Assembly: GCA_046543285.1 (NCBI GenBank)
Contig: JBKGZS010000002.1
Coordinates: 1 to 56,484, forward strand
Length of the DNA: 56,484 nucleotides
Source of the DNA: Candidatus Acetothermia bacterium
GTDB taxonomy: Bacteria; Bipolaricaulota; Bipolaricaulia; M55B111
Direction: 5' to 3'
Under the pieces are notes generated by a model. It made no database searches. It saw nothing but the letters and a program-made list of their open reading frames with translations, and was not told the origin of the DNA. Both the position numbers and the translations under genes were made by a program. This document shows, in pieces, positions 37,305 to 47,647 of the stretch (the stretch's first letter is position 1; each line of letters starts with the position of its first letter).

Positions 37305-39449
37305 ATGAAAAGGTTTTGGCCCTGCTTTTTTCTCTTTGGTCTAATCTTTGTCCTATTTTCTATCGGTTACACCAATGCTCAGCCTGAAACGGCTTTTACC
37401 TTTCGTCAAAACGTAGATGGCCAGGTGTTGGGGACCACTGTAACCCCATTTGCCGGTGACGTTAGCGCCCAAAATTTTTACGACTATGGGAATGATTCCT
37501 CAAATACCAATCTGGAAAAATCGAATTGTGCCTTAATCATCCCTTACCGTGATCCAAAAGGTAATCTCAGTCTGATTATGATCCTGGACAGACCTGGCGA
37601 CGGTTCAGGGGGCTCTGCCTCCCTTACTATAAAAGGCCTACCTTCCAGCGCGACTCTCGCGCTTCGGGACGACCCCGATGATTACCGCGATGACTATCTT
37701 TTTGAACCGCCTCGAGCTGAATTTTCCTGGAACTGGAGTGGGCAGAACGGAGACGGCGCGATAATCGGCAATTTGGAAGAGGTAGATTCTCTCGAATTAA
37801 TTCCCAATTTTGCTTCCGGGATTGATAGATGGGAAGTGGTCACCGGTACACCTGAAAATCCCAAACGCATGGGTTTCAATACATCTCTACCCTTGACCCT
37901 TGATCTCTCGATCAACGATCCCCCGGTAGCTGAATTAACGGTGGAGGAGGATAAATTTTACCCTCGACGGCCAATAAAATTTGATGCAAGCGACTCTCAG
38001 GACCCCGATGGCTCAATAGAAGAGTATCAGTGGGATTTTAATGGGGATGGAGAGTATTCCGTAACTACCGAAAAACCTGTGGTAGAGCATACCTACGAGG
38101 AAAGCGGAGATTATGAAGTCAGTTTGAGGGTGGTAGATGACAGTGGCTCGTATGATACTGTAAACCAGGGAATTACTGTTAAGGCCGTGTATGCTGAAGT
38201 GGAACGTCAGCTCTCCTCTCTTCACGCCACACCCGGAACGGTAATTTCTGCGACTCTTAAAATCCGTTCCTTTGGTGAGTTGGCCGGTCTGGGCATTGAA
38301 GAAAACCTTCCCGAAGGCTGGGAATTAAGGCCGGTGTCAAACGCCGGTGCCGCTTTCAAGGAAGGTGAATCTCAATGGGTTTTTACCAGTACGCTGGATC
38401 CCAACGAAGAGAGGGAAATAGAATACGAAATTCTGGTCCCGCCCAGAGATTCCTTAGTGGAGTCCCTCCCCCTTGACCTAGAGTTGACGGGTTCCGCAAC
38501 TGCCCCTGAGCCAAGTTTTGAGCAGCCAGTGGAGGGGGATGATTCACTGCGGATAGACGAGGTTCTGCCACCTGCCGTTGCTGTCGCGCACTATGACCTG
38601 GACCAAGAACAAATCGATCTTCGGATGGATGACTTCCTTACCAGACGACAACTTCACTGGGCTGCCAAACTGTGGCGTGCTGCGGAGATTTTGCCTGGAA
38701 CTGGTGGAGATGGGCTGACCTACGAAGCCATGAAGGAGCTTTCTCTTCGTTATCTGACCGAAACTCGTGCAGGGGATGAGGTCGAATCCCGCTCTGCCCC
38801 GGAGCTGGAATTACATAGTCAGATCTTTTCTCATCTGCCCTCCAACACCGTGCTTTTGAACAATGGGGGAGATGATGATTCGGCCCTTTACGATGGGGTT
38901 ATCAACGCCCTGACCAAAATCAAATCTCCCGAGAGAGAGCTGAATGGGGTAGGGATTGAGATTGAAGTCCCTAAAGGCTGGGAGCTAACTCCTGTCGAAG
39001 ACGGCGAAGCCGTCTATAAGCCCTCAACAAACCAGTGGGTGTTTCTGTCCTCGATCCCGGCTGGGGAATCCCGGAGATTGAGTTACAAGTTGAGAGTCCC
39101 TCCCGAACAATCGGAAGGAACTTATAGGCTTCGACCCACGTTTTCTGAAGCATGGTCCGGCCACCGCGCCGTTTTTGGCGAGGACAATCCAATCAATCTT
39201 ACCCGAACCCTCTCTAACGAGGTGATAATTTCTCGCTGGAGCTTGGAAGAGAACCGCTTAGACCTAACCCTAGGCAATTCCATCACCTACGATCAGGTAA
39301 AGAGAGCCCTGATCTTCTGGTTAGAGGATGAGCCTTTACCTCACTCCGGTGACCGTCTGCTCGAGTTTTCTGACGTACAGAGAATAATCACTTATTGGCT
39401 TGAAGACGTTCCGGTCACCAGGTCTCTTGAATCTCCAGAGGCTCCTTAA
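37305..39449 (+). CDS. Secreted/cell-surface protein with one PKD domain and a duplicated C-terminal module
   Basis: Trimmed to ATG 37305, after AGGGGG. Signal peptide MKRFWPCFFLFGLIFVLFSIGYTNA. PKD domain (PIKFDASDSQDPDGSIEEYQWDFNGDGEY...YEVSLRVVDDSG). Two homologous modules centred on LPEGWELRPV...QWVF...YEILVPP and VPKGWELTPV...QWVF...YKLRVPP. Confidence 0.75.
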   Translation: MKRFWPCFFLFGLIFVLFSIGYTNAQPETAFTFRQNVDGQVLGTTVTPFAGDVSAQNFYDYGNDSSNTNLEKSNCALIIPYRDPKGNLSLIMILDRPGDGSGGSASLTIKGLPSSATLALRDDPDDYRDDYLFEPPRAEFSWNWSGQNGDGAIIGNLEEVDSLELIPNFASGIDRWEVVTGTPENPKRMGFNTSLPLTLDLSINDPPVAELTVEEDKFYPRRPIKFDASDSQDPDGSIEEYQWDFNGDGEYSVTTEKPVVEHTYEESGDYEVSLRVVDDSGSYDTVNQGITVKAVYAEVERQLSSLHATPGTVISATLKIRSFGELAGLGIEENLPEGWELRPVSNAGAAFKEGESQWVFTSTLDPNEEREIEYEILVPPRDSLVESLPLDLELTGSATAPEPSFEQPVEGDDSLRIDEVLPPAVAVAHYDLDQEQIDLRMDDFLTRRQLHWAAKLWRAAEILPGTGGDGLTYEAMKELSLRYLTETRAGDEVESRSAPELELHSQIFSHLPSNTVLLNNGGDDDSALYDGVINALTKIKSPERELNGVGIEIEVPKGWELTPVEDGEAVYKPSTNQWVFLSSIPAGESRRLSYKLRVPPEQSEGTYRLRPTFSEAWSGHRAVFGEDNPINLTRTLSNEVIISRWSLEENRLDLTLGNSITYDQVKRALIFWLEDEPLPHSGDRLLEFSDVQRIITYWLEDVPVTRSLESPEAP

Positions 39450-39476
39450 ACCTGAGGGGTTGAGTGGCTGTGAAGG

Positions 39477-39508
39477 TCTTCTCCTCTGAAACTCTCATCC
39501 GGAGAAGA
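39477..39508. terminator. Hairpin between convergent genes (possible bidirectional terminator)
   Basis: TCTTCTCC (39477-84) pairs with GGAGAAGA (39501-08), with a 16-nt loop. No clear U-run. Confidence 0.25.
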
Positions 39509-39552
39509 GAAAGTATTGAGCCACGCTTGTCGCTTTTGTCTTCTACGTTGCG

Positions 39553-40677
39553 CTAGTCCTGGACCGGTTGACAGTTTTTCCAGTATTTCTTGAAGAAGGA
39601 TTCAAAAACTCGGGCCAGCTGTGGTTGATTGTGAATCAACAGGTCGGTTTCGTTGTTCTTAACCAGGGAGTAGTAGGACCAGTTGGTGGATCCGAGTATT
39701 ACGGATTCCCCGTCCGCCACCACGATTTTCATGTGGGTGTCCACGGAGGGGTCGTCGAACCGAACCGGTATATTATGCATGGTTAGCCACCAGGCGGTTT
39801 TCTCGTTTAGTTCGTTTACGGATTCTGACCAGTCGCTTTTCTCCAAAATCACCTTCACCGCCACACCTCTGCGTCCTGCGTCAATCAACTTTTGTAAAAG
39901 CTCATTGCTCTCCCCCTCTTCGAAGTTTGGATAATAACCCATTCGATACATTATGACGTATAGAGATTCCTCTGCTTCGGCAATCAAACTTTTCACCGTC
40001 TGGTAATACTGACGGATCTCACCGGTGCTTATCAGGGGGACGAGGACGGTTTTTTCCTCATCTGGAGGAAGGGAAGCATTGTGGCTGAACTCGACTCTCC
40101 CCCCTTTCCAAAGGGTCTCGAACAATTGACTGTAAGTTGAAGTCACCTGCGGGCATTGGACCTTGATATTTACCTGGTAGGTTTCCGCATAAGTGGGGTA
40201 GTTCCAGTTGCTGGATCCGAGCAGTAGAGTGTCCCCATCGACTATCAGCACCTTGGAGTGGGTTGTGACTTCGGGGTCATCGTATCGAACCCGGATTCCT
40301 AGGTCTTCCAGAAATTCCGCTGATTTCCTGTTCGTTTCGGTAATATGTTCGGACCAACTGCTTGTATCCAAAATCACTTTGACTTTTACTCCCCTCTCTT
40401 GGGCCCCCTGCAGTGCTTCGTATAGTTTTCTCTGGAGCCCGGCCGGGTAATCGGGATAAACCTCCGCTGTGGCAACCATTAACTGGATCTCTTCGGTGGC
40501 TTTTTCAATAGTTTCCTTTGCAGTTTCCCAGTAAATCCGATTATTCGGGGTATCGATGAGCGGGGTCAAACAACAGGTGTCAATAGAAGCCTGTTCCTCG
40601 GCAAAAACCGGAGCGCAAGGTAGCCAGAGCATGATGACCAGCAGGGGAATAAGTACTTTGATTTTCATCGCTATCAT
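39553..40677 (-). CDS. Secreted phospholipase-D-superfamily protein with two HKD motifs
   Basis: 374 aa. Signal peptide MKIKVLIPLLVIMLWLPCAPVFA. HSKVLIVDGDTLLLGSSNW and HMKIVVADGESVILGSTNW. Confidence 0.8.
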   Translation of the reverse strand: MIAMKIKVLIPLLVIMLWLPCAPVFAEEQASIDTCCLTPLIDTPNNRIYWETAKETIEKATEEIQLMVATAEVYPDYPAGLQRKLYEALQGAQERGVKVKVILDTSSWSEHITETNRKSAEFLEDLGIRVRYDDPEVTTHSKVLIVDGDTLLLGSSNWNYPTYAETYQVNIKVQCPQVTSTYSQLFETLWKGGRVEFSHNASLPPDEEKTVLVPLISTGEIRQYYQTVKSLIAEAEESLYVIMYRMGYYPNFEEGESNELLQKLIDAGRRGVAVKVILEKSDWSESVNELNEKTAWWLTMHNIPVRFDDPSVDTHMKIVVADGESVILGSTNWSYYSLVKNNETDLLIHNQPQLARVFESFFKKYWKNCQPVQD

Positions 40678-40804
40678 CTTAAAGCTCTTGTGAGTTTATG
40701 ACAATTGCCAGGGTCGCATTTTCAGTCCGGAAATATCCCAAACGTGACTGAAACTTGTAAGGTTGATCTGTGAGCTGGGATTGAATACTCTTAACGCGAT
40801 TATT

Positions 40805-41938
40805 ATGCAAAAAGCTTTGTCCGTCTTTGGCACCCGGCCAGAAGTGATTAAGCTGGCCCCAGTGATCAAGCAACTTGAAGCCCACTCCCGTTTCCAGTCC
40901 GTTGCCTGCGCCACAGGACAGCATAAAGAGATGATGAAGCAAATGCTTCAAGTTTTTGAAATTGAGCCCGGGTACGATCTGGAGGTCATGGAGGAGGATC
41001 AATCTTTAACGGGCCTGACGGGAAGAATCCTCTCGGGTGTCGATGATGTGATCGAATGTGAAAGCCCCGATATAGTTCTCGTCCAGGGGGATACCACGAC
41101 TGCTTTCACTACAGCTCTGGCAGCTTTTTACAACAAAGTACCGGTGGGGCACGTAGAGGCAGGCCTCCGGACTGGAAAAAAATATGACCCTTTTCCGGAG
41201 GAGCTAAACCGGGTTCTTGCCGATTCACTCTCCGAGCTATACTTTGCTCCTACGGAGGAGAATAAAGACAATCTTCTCAAGGAAGGTGTCCCCGAAGCTG
41301 CCATATACGTTACCGGTAATCCGGTTATCGATGCCCTGTTTTACATTCTGGATCGGGAGAAGGATTCCGGGGTTGATGAGAACTTTCCCCTGGATTTCCC
41401 TTCCAACTTAAGCGAAGGTCGTTTCTTGATTTTGGTCACTGCCCACCGACGGGAAAGCTTTGGGAGAAATCTGTCGGAAATCTGTCGGGCCCTTCGTAAA
41501 ATAGCCGCACGATATCCATCTGCGACCATTCTTTACCCTGTACATCTCAATCCGAATGTCGCGAGGATCGTGAAGGAAATATTGGGAGAAGTTAAAAACG
41601 TGAAACTTACTGCTCCCCTTTCCTATACTTCTTTCGTCAAAGCGATGCAGCTGGCCAGGGTAATTTTAACTGATTCAGGCGGGATTCAAGAGGAGGCTCC
41701 GTCCCTGGGCAAACCGGTCCTTGTGATGAGAAACACTACCGAACGACCGGAAGCAGTCAAGGCTGGAACCGTAAAGTTAGTAGGGACCGATTCCGAGCGG
41801 ATAGTTGCGGAGACCGCTCGGCTCTTGGACGATCCCGATGCATACTCCCAGATGGCCGGCATAATCAACCCTTACGGACAGGGTGATTCCGCGGAGCGAA
41901 TTGTCGAGATTCTGGATCACTATTTCCATTCTGAGTGA
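40805..41938 (+). CDS. wecB: UDP-N-acetylglucosamine 2-epimerase (non-hydrolysing)
   Basis: Trimmed to ATG 40805 (MQKALSVFGTRPEVIKLAPV). HVEAGLRT and TDSGGIQEEAPSLGKPVLVMR motifs. Confidence 0.9.
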   Translation: MQKALSVFGTRPEVIKLAPVIKQLEAHSRFQSVACATGQHKEMMKQMLQVFEIEPGYDLEVMEEDQSLTGLTGRILSGVDDVIECESPDIVLVQGDTTTAFTTALAAFYNKVPVGHVEAGLRTGKKYDPFPEELNRVLADSLSELYFAPTEENKDNLLKEGVPEAAIYVTGNPVIDALFYILDREKDSGVDENFPLDFPSNLSEGRFLILVTAHRRESFGRNLSEICRALRKIAARYPSATILYPVHLNPNVARIVKEILGEVKNVKLTAPLSYTSFVKAMQLARVILTDSGGIQEEAPSLGKPVLVMRNTTERPEAVKAGTVKLVGTDSERIVAETARLLDDPDAYSQMAGIINPYGQGDSAERIVEILDHYFHSE

Positions 41939-41956
41939 AGGGGTAGTTTCCCAAAA

Positions 41957-43792
41957 TTACTTCGTCACGTAGTCTTCTTCCTGAAAAAAATCGTAGACTC
42001 GTTCCGCTACGGGGGCGGGGAGATTGGGCACTTGTTTTAGCTCCGCCAGGCTTGCTTCCCCGATGGCTTTAGTTGAACCGAATAGGTTTAATAGGGCTTT
42101 CTTGCGCTTGGGTCCCACACCGTCTATGGAGTCCAAGGACGAGCGAATAGTGCGCTTCTGTCGGATCCTTCGGTGATAGCTGACTGCGAACCGATGGGCC
42201 TCGTCGCGGATCCTCTGTAGCAATTTCAGGGCCTCTGAGTTTTCTTCAAACTGAACGGGGCTAGCACGATGGGGAAGGAAAACCTCCTCGAACTGTTTGG
42301 CAATCGCCAACAGAGGAAGGTCTCCCAGGCCGAACTCCTGTAGGGTATTTCGGGCAGCCTGTAGCTGCCCCTTGCCGCCGTCGATAACTATCAGGTCAGG
42401 AATTTCTGCGAAACCCTCTCCTGATGAGTCGTCTTTTTGATTTTTGAACCCTCTGTTCAGCCTTCTTCGTAGGATTTCCTGTAGCATTTTGTAATCATCA
42501 GGCCCTCCGCCTTCCTGAATTCGAAATTTCCGATAGTCGGGTTTTTTGGGCTGGGCGCCTTCAAATACGACCATAGACCCCACGGCATCTGAGCCGGAGA
42601 TATTCGAAATGTCGTAGCCCTCAATGCGATCGGGGAGATGAGGGAGGTCGAATTTTTCAGCCAGCTCTGCCAGGGTGGAGGGGCCCTCTCCGGTCTCGTT
42701 GACGCTGATTCTTTCCAGATTGGAATGGGCGTTACGTTTTGCCATCAGCAAAATCTGACGTTTCTTGCCTCTTTGCGGAACGTGAATATCCACCTTAGAG
42801 CCACGCGATTCCTCGAGCCAAGTGGTTATCGTCTCCAGCTCGGTAGGAGTGGCCGGTACATATATCTTGGCGGGGATGACCCGGCCCGCTCGATAAAATT
42901 CCACCAGAAAAGAATCTAAAATCTCCTCTATGGTGGTTTTTTCGGGTAGCGCGAGTTCGTAATTATCCTGACCTTTGATATTCCCGTTCCGGACAAAAAA
43001 TACTTGAACCATTGCAGATCTTACTTGACTTGCTACTGCGATGTAATCTTGATCGGCCTGATCCCCGATCCTAACTTTTTGCTTGGCAGTGATTTTTTTG
43101 ACGGAGCGAATCCGATCTCTCCACCTTGCTGCTCGCTCATAGTCTTTTTCGCTTGCTGCTTTCTCCATCTGTTCCACGAGCTGATCGGTTAGGCCTTCGT
43201 AGTTACCCTGCAATAAAGCCTGAACGCTCTCAACCGATTTTAGATACTCTTCTCGGGATATCTTTCCAGCACAGGGTGCCGGGCAGGTCCCCATATGATA
43301 GCGGAGACAAGGACGTCTAGTTCCCTTTTCGGAATTCCAGGAACATCTCCGAACCGGGGTCAATTCTTCTATTGTTTTCAAAGTTTCGCGGAGCGCGCTT
43401 ACATTGGTGTAAGGACCGAAATAATCCGCGCCATCGTCCTTTCTCCTCCGGACCAGTTTAATTCTTGGATATTTCTCGTCGATGATCTTGACGTAGGGGT
43501 ATCTCTTATTATCTTTGAGCTGAATGTTGAATTTCGGTTGATGTTCTTTTATGAGGCTTTCCTCCAGAATCAGGGCCTCGACCTCGGAATCAGTCACAAT
43601 GTAATCAATATCGGTCATCTGTTTTTTAAGCGCTTTGATCTTGTAAGGGGTTGACTGGTCTGAGTAGAAGTAACTCTGAACTCTATCTCGTAGAGAGGAG
43701 GCTTTCCCAATATACACCACCTCTCCTTCGGATTCGATCAGGTATACTCCGGATTTTTGAGGGAATTTCGCGACTTGGTTCTTCAGCTGCAT
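41957..43792 (-). CDS. uvrC: Excinuclease ABC subunit C
   Basis: 611 aa. GIY-YIG N-terminus ([18 protein letters not shown]), UVR domain and C-terminal HhH. Confidence 0.95.
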   Translation of the reverse strand: MQLKNQVAKFPQKSGVYLIESEGEVVYIGKASSLRDRVQSYFYSDQSTPYKIKALKKQMTDIDYIVTDSEVEALILEESLIKEHQPKFNIQLKDNKRYPYVKIIDEKYPRIKLVRRRKDDGADYFGPYTNVSALRETLKTIEELTPVRRCSWNSEKGTRRPCLRYHMGTCPAPCAGKISREEYLKSVESVQALLQGNYEGLTDQLVEQMEKAASEKDYERAARWRDRIRSVKKITAKQKVRIGDQADQDYIAVASQVRSAMVQVFFVRNGNIKGQDNYELALPEKTTIEEILDSFLVEFYRAGRVIPAKIYVPATPTELETITTWLEESRGSKVDIHVPQRGKKRQILLMAKRNAHSNLERISVNETGEGPSTLAELAEKFDLPHLPDRIEGYDISNISGSDAVGSMVVFEGAQPKKPDYRKFRIQEGGGPDDYKMLQEILRRRLNRGFKNQKDDSSGEGFAEIPDLIVIDGGKGQLQAARNTLQEFGLGDLPLLAIAKQFEEVFLPHRASPVQFEENSEALKLLQRIRDEAHRFAVSYHRRIRQKRTIRSSLDSIDGVGPKRKKALLNLFGSTKAIGEASLAELKQVPNLPAPVAERVYDFFQEEDYVTK

Positions 43793-46626
43793 TGCATCAG
43801 CAACTTCTCTAACTGATCGCTGAAAACTTCCTTTAACATATGTCCAGTGTAGGATCTTTCAGTCTTACTTACTTTCTCAGGAGTTCCCTCCGCGATTACT
43901 TCGCCGCCGTCTTTGCCGCCTTCCGGACCGAGATCAATGATCCAATCAGCCGTTTTTATCACATGCGGGTTATGTTCTATGACCACGACCGTGTTACCGG
44001 CATCTACGAGGCGATGTAAAACCTGAAGGAGTTTTCTGATGTCTTCCGGATGCAATCCAGTTGTGGGTTCGTCAAGCAGGTAGAGGGTGTCTCCCTTCCC
44101 TCGCTTGCTGAGTTCTTTGGCCAATTTTACTCTTTGTGCCTCCCCGCCGGATAAGGTGGTTGAAGGCTGGCCCAACTGGATATAGCCCAGGCCTACGTCT
44201 TCGAGAGTTTGCAATTTTGACTTGATCTCAGGAATGTTTTTGAAAAATTCCTTCGCCTCGGTGACGTTCATTTCTAGAATGTCGGCAATAGTTTTACCCT
44301 TGTAAGTTATCTGGAGGGTTTCTTTATTGTATCGTTTTCCGTCGCAATCTTCGCAGGGGACGGTAACGTCGGGAAGGAAGTGCATTTCGATCTGGTTTAC
44401 ACCTTGCCCTTTGCAGGCCTCACAGCGGCCTCCTTTTACGTTGAAGGAGAACCTTCCCTTGTCGTAACCTCGGGCTTGAGCCTCAGGGGTCTCGGCTAAC
44501 AATTCGCGAATATATCCGAAAACCTTGATATATGTCGCGGGATTGGATCGTGGCGTCCTTCCAATTGGAGACTGATCGATATCTATTACCCGGGATAAAT
44601 GCTCGACGCCCTCGATGGAATCGTGCTCTCCGGGTTTTTTACTACCATCATGAAGCTCTCTCTGCAGTTGTCGGTAGATGATCTTATTTACCAGAGTGGA
44701 TTTCCCGGAGCCGGAGACCCCCGTCACACAATTGAACAACCCCAACGGAATTTTCACCTCTACGTCTTTCAGGTTGAATTCTCTGGCCCCCTTGACCACT
44801 ATTTCTCGACCCGGAGAATATCGACGCTTTTTGGGGATTGGGATCTCTCTTTCCTCGCTCAAATACTGTCCGGTGAGGGAGTCCTCCGCTTCTTTTATCT
44901 GTTGGGGCGGCCCACTGGCAACCACCTCTCCACCGTTTTGTCCTGCCCCAGGACCCAGATCGACGACCCAATCGGCTTCCTCAACAGTCTGGCGATCGTG
45001 TTCAACCACTATGACCGTATTACCCAGATCTCGTAGGTCTTTGAGGGTGTTTAATAGTCTACCGATGTCCCGATGATGGAGCCCAACTGTTGGTTCGTCA
45101 AGAATGTACAAAACGCCGGTCAGCCCCGATCCTATCTGGGTGGCAAGTTGGATCCTGTGAGCTTCCCCTCCAGAAAGGGTTCCTGCCTCGCGATCCAGGG
45201 TAAGATAATTGAGGCCTACGTCCAATAGGAATCCCAATCTAGATTTGATTTCCTTCAGGATTTCCCCGGCGATCAACTTTTCTCTGTTGCTGAGCTCCAG
45301 GTCCAGAAAGAAGTCGTAGGTCTCTTCTATGGGCAATCCTGTGATTTCAGTGATGTTCTTTTCATTCACGGTTACTGCCAAACTGGTTGGGTTAAGTCTT
45401 CCTCCTTGGCATTTGGGACAAGGGAGTTTGCTCATGTATTCTTCTATCCGTTTCTTGGTACTGTTTGAGGAGGCATTTTTGTACTTTTCTTCAAGAGATG
45501 TGATAATCCCTTTGAACCTTCTGTTATGTTTTCTCGTTTCTCCTCTTCGATTTGTATACAGGAAAGAAACCTTTTTCTCGGATCCGTGGAGCAGCAGTTC
45601 TAATTTCTCTTCAGGAAGTTCACCAATTGGCTTGTCTCGATCTATGTTGTAATGCTTGCAGAACGCAGAGAGGATAGCCTCCCTCCACTTGCTCCGGTTT
45701 TGTCTCCAGGGCAGTACCCCCCCGTCTTTGATGGAAAGCGCCTGGTCCAGGATCAGGTCGGGGTCTACTTCCATTTTTGAACCCAATCCATCACATTCGG
45801 AACACGCACCGTATGGGCTATTGAATGAGAACATCCGGGGAGTCATCTCTTCAAAGTTAACGCCACAGGTAGGGCAGGCCAGGTCCTCGCTGAACCGCAG
45901 TTCTTCACCTTCGGACAAACCTATGACCACATTTCCCTCCCCTAGCTCCAGGGCAGTTTCAAGCGAGTCCGCGACCCGCGACCTATAATCGGATTTGATG
46001 ACCAATCGATCTACGACCACGGCTATATCGTGTTGTACGTACTTTTCCAAGTCAATATCCTGTTCTAATTCGTAAATGTCACCATCTACCCGGACCCTCA
46101 TAAACCCTTTGTCCCTTAGCTGCTCAAATAGATCCACATATTCGCCCTTTCTACCTCTAACCAGAGGGGCCATTATATAAGCCTTGGCACCCTCACCCAG
46201 GTTCATCACCTGGTCAATGATTCGATCCGGGGTTTGATGAGCCAACGGTTGACCGCATTGGTGGCAATGTGGTTTTCCGATATGAGCGAACAGAAGCCGC
46301 AGGTAATCATAAATCTCAGTAACAGTCCCAACTGTTGACCGAGGATTTTGGCTGGTTGCGCGTTGGTCAATGGAAATTGCGGGAGATAGGCCCTCTATGA
46401 AATCCACTTCAGGTTTTTCCATCTGGCCCAGGAACCTGCGGGCATATGCTGATAGGGATTCGACATAACGTCTTCGGCCCTCTGAATAAATAGTGTCAAA
46501 GGCCAACGACGATTTCCCGGAGCCGCTCAGGCCTGTAATTGCCACCAGCTGGTTGCGAGGGATTTCGAGGTTGATATCTTTTAGGTTATGTTCTCTGGCC
46601 CCTTTAATATAAATCTTTTCCATCAT
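43783..46626 (-). CDS. uvrA: Excinuclease ABC subunit A
   Basis: About 947 aa. [16 protein letters not shown]-terminus, two ABC ATPase modules ([18 protein letters not shown]) and zinc-finger Cys clusters. The ORF track begins at TTG 46632. ATGs at 46626 and 46623 are more likely starts. Confidence 0.95.
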   Translation of the reverse strand: MMEKIYIKGAREHNLKDINLEIPRNQLVAITGLSGSGKSSLAFDTIYSEGRRRYVESLSAYARRFLGQMEKPEVDFIEGLSPAISIDQRATSQNPRSTVGTVTEIYDYLRLLFAHIGKPHCHQCGQPLAHQTPDRIIDQVMNLGEGAKAYIMAPLVRGRKGEYVDLFEQLRDKGFMRVRVDGDIYELEQDIDLEKYVQHDIAVVVDRLVIKSDYRSRVADSLETALELGEGNVVIGLSEGEELRFSEDLACPTCGVNFEEMTPRMFSFNSPYGACSECDGLGSKMEVDPDLILDQALSIKDGGVLPWRQNRSKWREAILSAFCKHYNIDRDKPIGELPEEKLELLLHGSEKKVSFLYTNRRGETRKHNRRFKGIITSLEEKYKNASSNSTKKRIEEYMSKLPCPKCQGGRLNPTSLAVTVNEKNITEITGLPIEETYDFFLDLELSNREKLIAGEILKEIKSRLGFLLDVGLNYLTLDREAGTLSGGEAHRIQLATQIGSGLTGVLYILDEPTVGLHHRDIGRLLNTLKDLRDLGNTVIVVEHDRQTVEEADWVVDLGPGAGQNGGEVVASGPPQQIKEAEDSLTGQYLSEEREIPIPKKRRYSPGREIVVKGAREFNLKDVEVKIPLGLFNCVTGVSGSGKSTLVNKIIYRQLQRELHDGSKKPGEHDSIEGVEHLSRVIDIDQSPIGRTPRSNPATYIKVFGYIRELLAETPEAQARGYDKGRFSFNVKGGRCEACKGQGVNQIEMHFLPDVTVPCEDCDGKRYNKETLQITYKGKTIADILEMNVTEAKEFFKNIPEIKSKLQTLEDVGLGYIQLGQPSTTLSGGEAQRVKLAKELSKRGKGDTLYLLDEPTTGLHPEDIRKLLQVLHRLVDAGNTVVVIEHNPHVIKTADWIIDLGPEGGKDGGEVIAEGTPEKVSKTERSYTGHMLKEVFSDQLEKLLMQCS

Positions 46627-47335
46627 TATCAAAAAATTATACAGGCGTCCTCCCTGAAACTAAAGGTGTCGAGGTATAAAGAGAGCGTTTTCGCTTAACG
46701 GCCATGGTCTCGTCCTTTGCTGGCACGTCGGAGTTGGCTCTCTGCTTAAGTTGTATAGATTTCAACTATCGTCATTGCATCCGCCTGCCAGTTGCTTATT
46801 GTTAATTATGAATCATCGACCATCAGTTTCGCGCTCTCGGCTGGCGGGGTTTTCTCACCTTGACTAGCTTCATTTTCTTAACCACATCTGCTGGGCTGCA
46901 GCCTGGTTCGTCATTCTGCAGGCCTCTGGAGCAGGTCCTGCTATAGGTTTTACTTGTGGGCTTCCATCAGCAGTTTTGCCATCACTTTCCTCATTCTCTC
47001 GATGCATTTCGGGAGGTGAACTCGTCAAGCCCGCTGTTGCGGGTCGGGAGAGTAGCCTCTCCTACAGCGAAGCCTTCGCCACCATAGCGGCAGAGCTCTT
47101 GATGATGGCCATCCTGACTACGGTAATTCTGGTGGGCTTCTTCTCAGAGCTTTGGGCGGCTGCTCGTGGATGATCGGTTATACATAGGTTTTTTCAGCCT
47201 TTCTTGCCGGCATGATGGCTCTTCTTTTGACTAACTCTTTTCGAGGACTCCACGGATTGAGAGGATGATCGGCTTATTCAAACGCATTTTACCCTGGAAG
47301 AACTTCCTGGGAAAGGCCGAGAAGAGGACGGAGGA

Positions 47336-47629
47336 ATGGGGATCTCGAGAGGAGGCTATATCGGAGTATTTGCCCTGGTGGCGCTGAAAGGTAGCACTGC
47401 GGTGACGTATTCGTTTTCAATTCAGGCTATCCAATGGATCATTACAGGAATTGACCTGACCCTGCTAGCTTTTTATGGAATTATGAACTCTTTGGCAGAG
47501 AGAATCCGAGGGAGGACTGAGCCACCTACTTCCCTGAGGGCTAGAGAAAAAGTGGCAAGGGAGGGTCAAAACACCCTCCTACCACTCACCCCCTCGCATG
47601 TGCCGCTTTCAGTCACAGGCTTGAATTAG
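47336..47629 (+). CDS. Hypothetical small membrane protein (weak call)
   Basis: 97-aa ORF with two hydrophobic helices (GYIGVFALVALKG..., IQWIITGIDLTLLAFYGIM). GGAGG sits too close to the ATG. The 3' part overlaps the putative GT4 terminator hairpin. Confidence 0.25.
   Translation: MGISRGGYIGVFALVALKGSTAVTYSFSIQAIQWIITGIDLTLLAFYGIMNSLAERIRGRTEPPTSLRAREKVAREGQNTLLPLTPSHVPLSVTGLN
47559..47580 (-). terminator. Candidate terminator hairpin downstream of the GT4 gene
   Basis: GGGAGGGT / ACCCTCCT 7-8 bp stem with a 6-nt loop. On the reverse strand a T-rich run (CTTGCCACTTTTTC) follows. Lies 68 nt past the GT4 stop. Confidence 0.35.
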
Positions 47630-47647
47630 GCAAATTTGGCAGTCAAG

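Noticed and set aside
46808-47629. Alternative genetic code (TGA as sense) suggested by four in-frame TGAs in a hydrophobic frame.
   Set aside because: TGA terminates full-length conserved genes elsewhere in the window, for example moaA at 5729-31 and wecB at 41936-38. The four TGAs cluster within 30 codons, which fits a non-coding spacer or a pseudogene better.
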